From Nitrosopumilus sp. (GTDB lineage: Archaea > Thermoproteota > Nitrososphaeria > Nitrososphaerales > Nitrosopumilaceae), in the NCBI GenBank assembly GCA_965204345.1, contig OZ241981.1, positions 576,001 to 640,000 of the forward strand: a DNA stretch of 64,000 bases, given 5' to 3'. The translations under genes were made by a program, and so were the position numbers. This document shows positions 10,001-22,000 of the stretch, piece after piece. The notes below the pieces were generated by a model. That model did not search any database and was not told the DNA's origin. It saw nothing but the letters and a program-made list of their open reading frames with translations. Each line of letters begins with the position of its first letter. The stretch's first letter is position 1.

Positions 10001-13000
10001 ATGGTGTCTATTGTGACGGTAATTTGGGCAGATGCCTCATTGGAGTTGCCTGCTGCATCTGTTGCCTTTAATGCATCTATGGATACGGTCACGGTTCCGT
10101 CTGTGGTACCGCGGAGAACATCAAAGGTGTAGACACTGCCTGTTCCACCAAGGTCGGATGCCACTGGACTGCCGCCGTTGGCAGTACCAGTTACTGTAAT
10201 GTCAGTTAGGTCAAAGTCCCCAACATCCTTGTTGAATGTTGCCGTAAATGGTATTGTAGCAAGGTTGGTGTTATCACCTGCAGTCGTAGCTACGGAGACT
10301 GTAAGGGGAACGGTGTCTATTGTGACGGTAACTGAATTAGATCCAGTGTTGGGGTTGCCTGCAAGGTCTGTTAGCTCACCTTCATCTATTAATACATTTA
10401 CGGTTCCATCTGTAGAGCCGCGAGCAACATCAAAGGTGTATGTGCGGGCATTAACTGTTACAAAGTTGGATGCTGTGGGACTGCCGTCGTTGGCAAAGCC
10501 AGATACTGTAATGTCAGATAGGACAAAGTCTTGGACATCCTCGCTAAATTCTACTGTAAATGTTACTGGGTCATCACGGGTGATGGTGCCATCGGCAGGC
10601 GTGATGGTTACAGATGGATCTATTCTGTCCACTGTGAGTGTATGAGTACTTGCCGTGTTGCCCTCTGCTACCGCACCGTCAGGTATGGTTACTGTTAGTT
10701 CACCTTCTGCGGCGATGCCGTGTGTGACTGTAAAGGTATAGTCAGCACCGCTTCCACTAAAGGCAGTTATCAGGCTATTAGATGCTGGGATTCCGTCAAT
10801 TGCTACAACGATGTCAGATTGCACAAATCCTGTGACATCCCCGCTAAAGGTTGCAGTAAATTCGACGGTCTCAGAGTTTGTAGGATCAGCGGCAGTTGTG
10901 CTCAGGGATACTGATTGGATAGTGCTGTCTATTGTGACAGTAACTGGGGCAGATACCTCATTGGAGTTGCCTGCAAGGTCTGTTGCCACGTCTGCTGCAA
11001 TGGATGGAATTACAGTTCCGTCTGTGGTGCCGCGAGCAACATCAAAGGTGTATGTGCTGGCATCAACTGTTACAAAGTTGGATGCTGCTGGAGTACCGCC
11101 GTTGGCAGTACCAGTTACTGTAATGTCACCTAGCTCAAAGTTCTGGACATCCTCGCTAAAGGTTGCAGTAAATGTTACGGGGTCATCACCTGTGATGGTG
11201 CCATCAACAGGCGTAATGGATACGGTTGGAACTATTCTGTCCACTGTGAGTGTAGTAGTGGTACTTGCCGTGTTGCCCTCTGCTACCGCATTGACAGGTA
11301 TTGTTACTGTTAGTTCACCACCTGTGGTGATGCCGTGTGTGACTGTAAAGGTATAGTCAGCACCGCTTCCACTAAATGCAGATATCAAGTTGGGTGTGTC
11401 AGTTCCGTTAATTGCCACGACAATGTCCTCTAGGGTGAATTGTGTGACATCCCTGTCAAATGTCGCAGTAAATTCGATGGCCGCAGAGTTGGTAGGATCA
11501 GCGGCAGTTGTGTCCAAGGATACTGATGGGACAGTGGTGTCTATGGTGACGGTAACTAAATTAGATGCGGTGTTGGAGTTGCCTGCAAGGTCTGTTGCTA
11601 CGTCTGCTGCAATGGATGCAGTTACGGTTCCGTCTGTGGAGCCTCGAGCAACATCAAAGGTGTAGACACTTCCTGTTCCAAGAAGGTTGGATGCTACTGG
11701 ATTGGTGCCGTTGGCAGTACCAGTTACTGTAATGTCACCTAGCTCAAAGTTCTGGACATCCTCACTAAAGGTTGCAGTAAATGTTACGGGGTCATCGCCA
11801 GTGGTGGTGCCATTGACAGGTGTGATGGTTACAGTTGGATCTATTCTGTCCACTGTGAGTGTAGTCGTAGCACTTGCTGTGTTACCCTCTGCTACCGCAT
11901 TGGCAGGTATGGTTACTGTTAGCTGTCCTTCTGCGGCGATGCCGTGTGTTACTGTAAAGGTATAGTCAGCACCGCTTCCACTAAAGGCAGTTATCAGGCT
12001 GCCAGGTGTGGCGGGGTTTCCATCAATTGTCACTACAATGTCATCTGCGATAAATCCTGTGACGTCACTGCCAAATGTTGCCGTAAATTGTATGGCCTCA
12101 GAGTTGGTAGGATCAGTTACATCTGTATCTAGGGATACGGTTGCAGTATCCAGATAGTTTATTGTAAGATCTGCTGTTGTATGCCTGTTTCCATCAGAGA
12201 AAGTTGCTTGTACTGTACATGTTGATGCACTGGCAAAAGCATTGATAGGCTCAAAGTCAAACTGTCCGTTTGACAGGATGGTAGAGGTAAAGTCCGTACA
12301 GTCACTAGATGTGGGGGCAGAGACTAGTGTCAGTGTCTGGGTATCTGTGTAATAATTGTTAATGTCAAGTGTAACCTTTCTGGGCTGGCTTGATAGGACA
12401 TCAACTGTCAGGGGTGTTGCAGTACGTACTGGTGCGGCATCCAATACCACAGATATGTTTACAGTGTATGCACCGCCTGTGCTGGCACCAGTACCATCAG
12501 AGATGTCAAAGGAGAGCGTACATGTCTCAGCAGTAGAGGATACAAACCTGAACGTATCAGAGCCAGATGGTGGCTGCTGCGTCAGGGTTCCAGTACAGTC
12601 ATCTGATGGATTGGTGTATGATAGCGTATCACCTTCGGGGTCTGTAAAGTGGTCATCAAGTGAGAACTCTTGGTGTGCGGCCAGTACAGGATGCTGTAGG
12701 GTTATGCCCGGTGTTACAGCAGGAACTGGTGGCAGTGTGTTGGTAGTTATGGTAACTGTAACTGAATTAGATGCAGTGTTGAGGTTGCCTGCAAGGTCTG
12801 CTAGTGCATCTGCATCTATTGATGCAGTTACGGTTCCGTCTGTGGTGCCTCGAGCAACATCAAAGGTGTAGACACTGCCTGTTCCAAGAAGGTTGGATGC
12901 TACTGGATTGGTGCCATTGGCAGTACCAGTTACTCTAATGTCAGCTAGTTCAAAGTCCTCGACGTCCTCACTAAAGGTCGCAGTAAATGTTACTGAGTTA

Positions 13001-16000
13001 TCGCTGGTGGTGGTACCATCGGCAGGTGTAATGGATACTGATGGTCTTATTCTGTCCACGGTAAGTGTATGAGTACTTGCCGTGTTGCCCTCTACGACCG
13101 CATTGGCAGGTATTGTTACTGTTAGTTCACCTTGTGTGGTGATGCCGTGTGTTACTGTAAAGGCATAGTCAGCACCGCTTCCACTAAATGCAGATATCAG
13201 GCCAGATGTGTCAGTTCCGTTAATTGCCACGACAATGTCCTCTAGGGTGAATTGTGTGACATCCCTGTCAAATGTTGCAGTAAATTCGATGGCCTCAGAG
13301 TTGGTAGGATCAGCAGCAGTTGTGTCCAGGGATACTGATGGGACAGTGGTGTCTACAGTGACGGTAACTGAATTGGATGCGGTGTTGGAGTTGCCTGCAA
13401 GGTCTGCTGCCACGTCTGCTGCTATGGATGCAATTATGGTTCCGTCTGAGGTGCCGCGAGCAACATCAAAGGTGTAGACACTGCCTGTTCCAAGAAGGTT
13501 GGCTGCTGCCGGATTGGTGCCATTGGCAGTGCCCGTTACTGTAATGTCACCTAGCTCAAAGTTCTCAACGTCCTCGCTAAAGGTTGCAGTAAATGTTACT
13601 GGATTATCGCTGGTGGTGGTACCATCGACAGATGTGATAGATACTGATGGTCTTATTCTGTCCACGGTAAGTGTATGAGTACTTGCCGTGTTGCCCTCTG
13701 CTACCGCATCGTCAGGTATTGTTACTGTTAGTTCACCTTGTGTGGTGATGCCGTGTGTTACTGCAAAGGCATAGTCAGCACCGCTTCCACTAAATGCAGA
13801 TATCAAGCCGGATGTGTCAGTTCCGTTAATTGCCACGACAATGTCCTCTTGGACGAATTGTGTGACATTCCTGCCAAATGTCGCAGTAAATTCGATGGCC
13901 TCAGAGTTGGTAGGATCAGTAGCAGTTGTGTCCAGGGATACTGATGAGAGACGGGTATCTATTGTAAATGTAGCAGTAAATGCCTCATTGAGGTTGCCTG
14001 CGAGATCGCTTATTTGTCCTGCATTTATGGATACGCCCACGGTTCCGTCTGAGGAGCCGCGAGTAACATTAAAGGTGTAGACATCATCACCAGATATGCC
14101 AAAGCCCGACGCTGATGGACTGCCGCCGTTGGCAGTGCCCGTTACTGTAATGATATCTGATAGGATAAAGTTCTGGACATCCTCGCTGAATGTTAAGGTA
14201 AATGGTATCGCGGCGACATCATGGGTGGTGCCATCGGCAGGTACGAGGGTTATGACTGGAGCTACCCTGTCTACTGTGAGTGTAGTGGTATCACTTGCTG
14301 TGTTGCCCTCTGCTACCGCATTGGCAGGTATGGTTACTGTCAGCTGTCCTTCTGCGATGATGCCGTGTGTTACTGTAAAGGCATATTCAGTACCGTTTCC
14401 ACTAAAGGCAGTTATCAGGTCGCTGACAGGTGTGATGGTGAATCCGTCAATTGTCACTACAATGTCATCTGCGATAAATTCTGTGACATCCTCGCTAAAG
14501 GTTGCAGTAAAGTCAATGGTCTCAGAGTTGGTAGGATCAGTAACAGTTGTGTCCAGGGATACTGTTGGGATATTAGAGTCTACGGTGACGGTAACTAAAT
14601 TAGATGCGGTGTTGGAGTTGCCTGCAAGGTCTGTTGCTACGTCTGCTGCAATGGATGCAGTTACAGTTCCGTCTGTGGTGCCGCGAGCAACATCAAAGGT
14701 GTATGTGCTAGCATCAACTGTTACAAGGTTGGATGCTACAGGATTGGTGCCATTGGCAGTGCCAGTTACTGTAATGTCAGCTAGGACAAAGTTCTCAACG
14801 TCTTCGCTAAAGGTTGCCGTAAACGTTACTGGGTTATCGCTGGTAGTGGTGCCATTGGCAGGTGTGATAGTTACAGTTGGGACTATTCTGTCTACTGTAA
14901 ATGTAGTGGCAGTACTTGCTGTGTTGCCCTCTACGACCGCATTGGCAGGTATTGTTACTGTTAGTTCACCTTGTGTGGTGATGCCGTGTGTTACTGTAAA
15001 GGTATAGTCAGCACCGCTTCCATTAAAGGCAGATATCAGGCTGCCAGGTGTGGCGGGGTTTCCATCAATTGTCACTACAATGTCATCTGCGATAAATCCT
15101 GTGACGTCACTGCCAAATGTTGCCGTAAATGGTATGGCCTCAGAGTTGGTAGGATCAGTTACATTAGTACTCAGAGATACGGTTGCAACATCCAGATAGT
15201 TTATTGTAAGATCTGCTGTTGTATGCCTGTTTCCATCAGAGAAGGTTGCCTGTACTGTACATGTTGATGCACCAGCAAAAGCATTGATAGGCTCAAAGTC
15301 AAACTGTCCGTTTGACAGGATGGTAGAGGTAAAGTCCGTACAGTCACTAGATGTGGGGGCAGAGACTAGTGTCAGTGTCTGGGTATCTGTGTAATAATTG
15401 TTAATGTCAAGTGTAACCTTTCTGGGCTGGCTTGATAGGACATCAACTGTCAGGGGTGTTGCAGTACGTACGGGTGCGGCATCCAATACCACAGATATGT
15501 TTACAGTGTATGCACCGCCTGTGCTGGTATATGTGCCATCAAAGATGTCAAAGGAGAGCGTACATGTCTCAGCAGCTGAGGATACAAACCTGAACGTATC
15601 AGAGCCAGCTGGTGGCTGCTGCGTCAAGGCTCCAGTACAGTCATCTGATATGTTGGTGTATGATAGCGTATCACCATTAGGATCTGTAAAGTGGTCATCA
15701 AGTGAGAACTCTTGGTGTGGGTCTAATACAGGATGCTGCAGGGTTATGCCAGGCGATACCGCAGGAACCGGAGGCAGTGTTGTGATATTTATGGTAACTG
15801 AATTAGATGCAGTGTTGGGGTTGTCTGCAAGATCTCTTGCCACATCTCCTGCAATTGATACGGTTACGGTTCCGTCTGTCGAGCCGCGAGCAACATCAAA
15901 GGTGTAGACACTGCCGTCTCCAAGAAGGTTGGATGCTACAGGATTGGTACCATTGACAGTACCAGTTACTGTAATGTCAGTTAGGACAAAGTTCTGGACA

Positions 16001-19000
16001 TCCTCACTAAAGGTTGCCGTAAACGTTACTGGGTCATCACCGGTGGTGGTACCATCGGCAGGTGTGATGGTTACAGTTGGATCTATTCTGTCCACTGTAA
16101 GTGTACGAGTATTTGCTGTGTTGCCCTCTACTACCGCATCGTCAGGTATGGTTACTGTCAGCTGTCCTTCTGCGGCGATGCCGTGTGTTACTGTAAAGGT
16201 ATAGTCAGCACCGCTCCCACTAAAGGCAGTTATCAGGCTATTAGCTGCTGGGGTTCCGTCAATTGCTACAACGATGTCAGATTGTACAAATCCTGTGACA
16301 TCCTCGTCAAATGTTGCAGTAAAGTTGACGGTATCAGAGTTGGTAGGATCAGCAGCAGTTGTGTCCAAGGACACGGATGGGACAGTGGTGTCTACGGTGA
16401 CGGTAACTGGGGCAGATGCGGTGTTGGAGTTGCCTGCAAGGTCTGTTGCTACGTCTGCTGCAATGGATGCAATTACTGTTCCGTCAGAAGATATGCCTGC
16501 AACGTTAAAGGTGTATGTGCGGGCATCAACTGTTGCAAAGCCGGATGCTGTGAGGGTGCCGCCGTTTGCGGTACCTGCTACTGTAATGTCATCTAGGACA
16601 AAGTTCTCAACGTCTTCGTCAAATGTTACTCTAAATGGTACCGTATCAAGTCCAGTGCTACTGCCTGTAGATGAACTGACAGAGACAGTTGGGGCAAGAG
16701 TGTCTATTATGACAGTAACCGGGGCAGATGCGGTGTTGGAGTTGCCTGCAAGGTCTGTTGCTACGTCTGCTGCTATGGATGCAGTTACGGTTCCGTCTGT
16801 GGAGCCTCGAGCAACATCAAAGGTGTAGACACTTCCTGTTCCAAGAAGGTTGGTTGCTGCGGGATTGCCGCCGTTTGCGGTACCAGTTACTGTAATGTCA
16901 GTCAGGATAAAGTCCTCAACATCTTTGCTAAATGTTGCCGTAAATGTTACCGTATCAGAGTTGGTGTTCTCTCCTACAGTTGTAGTCACAGAGACTGTTA
17001 GGGGAACGGTGTCTATTGTGACAGTAACTGGGGCAGATGCGGTGTTGGAGTTGCCTGCAAGGTCTGTTGCTACGTCTGCTGCAATGGATGCAGTTACGGT
17101 TCCGTCTGTGGAGCCTCGAGCAACATCAAATGTGTAGACACTGCCTGTTCCAAGAAGGTTGGATGCTACAGGATTGGTGCCATTGGCAGTACCAGTTACT
17201 GTAATGTCAGCTAGCTCAAAGTTCTGGACATCCTCACTAAAGGTTGCAGTAAATGTTACGGGGTCATCGCTGGTGGTGGTGCCATTGACAGGTGTGATGG
17301 TTACAGTTGGGACTATTCTGTCTACTGTGAATGTAGTCGTAGCACTTGCTGTGTTACCCTCTACTACCGCATTGGCAGGTATGGTTACTGTTAGCTGTCC
17401 TTCTGCGGTGATGCCGTGTGTTACTGTAAAGGTATAGTCAGCACCGCTTCCATTAAAGGCAGTTATCAGGCTGCCAGGTGTGGCGGAGTTTCCATCAATT
17501 GTCACTACAATGTCATCTGCGATAAATCCTGTGACGTCACTGCCAAATGTTGCCGTAAATGGTATGGCCTCAGAGTTGGTAGGATCAGTTACATCCGTAT
17601 CTAGGGATACGGTTGCAGTATCCAGATAGTTTATTGTAAGATCTGCAGTTGTATGCCTGTTTCCATCAGAGAAAGTTGCTTGTACTGTACATGTTGATGC
17701 ACTAGCAAAAGCATTGATAGGCTCAAAGTCAAACTGTCCGTTTGACAGGATGGTAGAGGTAAAGTCCGTACAGTCACTAGATGTGGGGGCAGAGACTAGT
17801 GTCAGTGTGCCGTCATCTGTGTAATAATTGTTAATGTCAAGTGTAACCTTTCGGGGCTGGCTTGATAGGACATCAACTGTCAGGGGTGTTGCAGTACGTA
17901 CGGGTGCGGCATCCAATACCACAGATATGTTTACAGTGTATGCACCGCCAGTGCTGGCATTAGTGCCATCAAAGATGTCAAAGGAGAGCGTACATGTCTC
18001 AGCATCAGAGGATACAAACCTGAACGTATCAGAGCCAGCTGGTGGCTGCTGAGTCAGGGTTCCAGTACAGTCATCTGATATATTGGTGTATGATAGCGTA
18101 TCACCTTGAGGATCTGTAAAGTGGTCATCAAGTGAGAACTCTTGGTGTGCGGCCAGTACAGGGTGCTGTAAGGTTATGCCCGGTGTTACAGCAGGAACCG
18201 GTGGCAGTGTGTTGGTAGTTATGGTAACTGTAACTGAATTAGATGCGGTGTTAGAGTTGCCTGCAAGGTCTGCTGCCACGTCTGCTGCTATGGATGCAGT
18301 TACGGTTCCGTCTGAGGTTCCGCGAGCAACATCAAAGGTGTATGTGCGGGCATTAACTGTTACAAAGTTGGATGCTGCCGGATTGGTGCCGTTTGCGGTG
18401 CCTGTTACTGTAATGTCAGATAGGATAAAGTTCTGGACATCCTCGCTAAATGTTGCAGTAAATGTTACTGGGTCATCACTAGTGATGGTGCCATCGGCAG
18501 GCGTGATGGATACTGTGGGGTTTGCCCTGTCCACCGTAATACGAGATCCATCACTAGCACTGCCACCATCAGCTGCATCAACAGGTATGACTACTACTAG
18601 CAGGCTTTCTGTGAGGCCGTGTGTGACTGTAAAGGTGTATTGGGCTCCCTCTCCCGCAAAGGAAGTTATCAGGCCAGGTGTGGTGGTGGTTTCATCAATA
18701 CGCACTATAATATCATCCTGGTCAAATCCCGTAACAGCTCTGCCAAATGTTACCGTAAATTCGATGGCCTCAAGGTTGGTGAGATCGCCTACATCCGTAG
18801 TCAGAGATACGGATGTACGATCCAGATAGTTTATTGTAAACTCTGCGGGTGTAAAGTAGTTTCCATCAGAGAAGGTTGTCTGTACTGTACATGTTAGCCC
18901 GCCAGTAGAGTCTTCTAAAACCTCAAATGTAAACACGCCACTGTCTGGTGAGGTAGATCTAAATGTACAGTCATCAGAGGTTATAGTATCAACTATTGAC

Positions 19001-22000
19001 AGTGACTTGTCATCTGTGTAATAGTCGTTAATGTCAATTGTAACTGTCCTAGACTGGTCTGATAGGACGTCAATTACCAGAGGCGTTGCAGTTCGTACGG
19101 GTGCGGGGTTTTCTGTGATTACCAGCTCAAAAGAGTATGGCTGCCCCGTGCTTTGCGTCGTGCCGTCTGAAATGTCAAAGGATACCACACATGTAGTGCC
19201 GACATCATTTGCGACGGGATCAATTTGCATGTTATGATTGTCTAGTAGTGTAACATCCAAGGTGACACCAGCAGCGCAGCTTGAGAAATTATTGAAAGAC
19301 AGTGTTTCAAATTCAGGATCCACAAAGTGATCACGCAGTGAAATTTGCGGAACAGTTCGGTTTGGATATTCGACTGTTGCAGATGGTACGGAGGCAGGTA
19401 TTGGTGGCAGTAGGTTAGTTACGGTAGATAACACACGGTATGAGGATGTAAACTGTTCTGTTGCAGAGCCGTCTGTCACATCAAAGGTAAAGCTACAGTC
19501 TTCAGGATATGTCACCGCGTTGTTTGGCGTTGCAGTAACGGTAAAGGCACCCGTCGGATTTACAGTTACGCTAGATGACTGGCATGCATTGTTATCTAGG
19601 GTATAGGACAGGGTATCACCGTCCGGATCTGCAATGTTGGTAGCTAGGTTGCCTGTGTGTGTCTCATCAATATTAAATGAAAAACTAGGTGGTACAGTTC
19701 CAGCAGGAACACGGTTGACATCTGTGACAGTCAGTGTAAATGACCCAGTAGTGGTATCAGCACCATCATCTAGCTGATATTCTACCTGAATTTCAGTAGA
19801 GAGGTCAAAGTCATCCCTTATGCTGGTGCCAGTTGGGGGATGAGCCACTACATCAAAAGGTATGTTGCCTGTGACTAGTCCATCCAAATTTATGTTCAGA
19901 TAACTATGACCGGTACTTATGAAACCGACATCAGCGGGGAAAAAGTTAGCAGGTAATGATACCTGATGTGAAAGAGATTCACCCTCTGCAACAGTTACGG
20001 TTGGAAGGCTAAGATAGTTTATTGTAATCTCTGTATCTGTGTGCCTGTTTCCATCAGAGAAGGTTGCCTGTACTGTACATGTTGATGCACTAGCAAAAGC
20101 ATTGATAGGCTCAAAGTCAAACTGTCCGTTTGACAGGATGGCAGAGTTAAAATCTGTACAGTCATCAGATACGGGATCAAAGACTAGTGTCAGTGTCTTG
20201 GCATCAGTATAATAGTCATTAATGTCAAGTGTAACCTTTCGGGGCTGGTCTACAGGTACATCAACTGTCAGGGGTGTTGCAGTACGTACTGGTGCGGCAT
20301 CCAATACCACAGATATGTTTACAGTGTATGCACCGCCTGTGCTGGCATTAGTGCCATCAGAGATGTCAAAGGAGAGCGTACATGTCTCAGCAGTTGAGGA
20401 TACAAACCTGAACGTATCAGAGCCAGCTGGTGGCTGCTGCGTCAGGGTTCCAGTACAGTCATCGGATATATTGGTGTATGATAGCGTATCACCTTGAGGA
20501 TCTGTAAAGTGGTCATCAAGTGAGAACTCTTGGTGTAGGTCTAGCACAGGGTGCTCTAGGTTTATGACTGGCGCTACTGCGGGAACCGGTGGCAGTATGG
20601 TGGTGTCTATTGTGACGGTGATCTCGTTGGATGCAATACTGGAATCAAAAACAATACTTGTTGCCGCGGCTGCAGGTATGGATACAGTTACGGTTCCGTC
20701 TGAGGATCCGCGGACAACATCAAAGCTAAATCTCGAGGCAACAGTTTCACCATCGCTAGTTGTACGGGAATTAAGTATCTGAAGGTTTGATGCAACCGGG
20801 TTGCCGCCGTTTGCAGTACCAGTTACTGTAATGTCACTTAGGGTAAGAGGGAAGACATCCTGATCGAATGTCACGATAAATGGTACTGTATGAAGAGGAG
20901 TCAGGGGATCGGCAGTCGTACTAATGGTAGTGGTTGGGCCAAAATAGATAAAGAGAAAGTCAAACTGAGCAGATGCCGCATTGTCTGCACCTGATAAGTG
21001 ATGTACTGCAACGCCTGCAGGTATGGACATTATTACGCTTCCATCTGAGACCCCACCTGCGACATCAAAGGTGTACGTATCTCCGGAACCTGCAAAGTTT
21101 GATATTTCAGGATTGCCGCCGTTTGCGATACCCGTTATGAGAATGTCATCGGCAACAAAGTCTGTGACAGGGTTGCTAAATGTTACTCTAAATGTTTCAG
21201 ACGGTTCAGTGGTTACAGTGAGATCCCTGACGGAGGTGATAGTTGGCACCGGAACAGTGTATATGGTGGCAGTGACCGGAGCAGATGCCTCATTGAGGTT
21301 GCCTATAAGATCTTCTGCCACATCTGCACCTATCGATACGGTTACGGTTCCGTCTGTGGTGCCGCGAGCAACGTCAAATGTGTATGTGCGGGCATCAATG
21401 GTTACAAAGTTGGATGCTGTTGGAGTGCCGCCGTTTGCAGTGCCATTTACTGTAATGTCACCTAGTTCAAAGTTTCTAACATCCTTGCTAAATGTTGCAG
21501 TAAACGTTACTGGGTCATCGCTGGTGATGGTGCCATCGGCAGGTGTGATGGTTACAGTTGGAACAAGAGTGTTTATTGTGACGGTAACTGGGGCAGATGC
21601 GGTGTTGGGGTTGTCTGCAAGGTCTGCTGTTACATTTGCATCTACTGATACGGCCACGGTTCCGTCTGTGGTACCGCGAGCAACCTCAAAGGTGTAGACT
21701 CTGCCTTCTCCATTAAGGTTGGATACCACAGGACTGCCACCGTTTGCAGTGCCTGATACCGTAATGTCATTTAGGTTAAAGCCAATGACATCCTCGCTAA
21801 ATTCTACTGTAAATGGTACCGTATCAAGAGAGGTGAGATTCTCTGGAATTGTACTGACAGAGACTGTTGGAGCATTGGTGTCTATGGTAACGGTAACTGT
21901 ATTAGACTTAATATTGATCACGTCGCGTGAATCAAATACTGCACCTATTTTTGTAAATACTGTTATTGTTCCATCAGTGGAGCCGCGTGCAACCTCAAAG

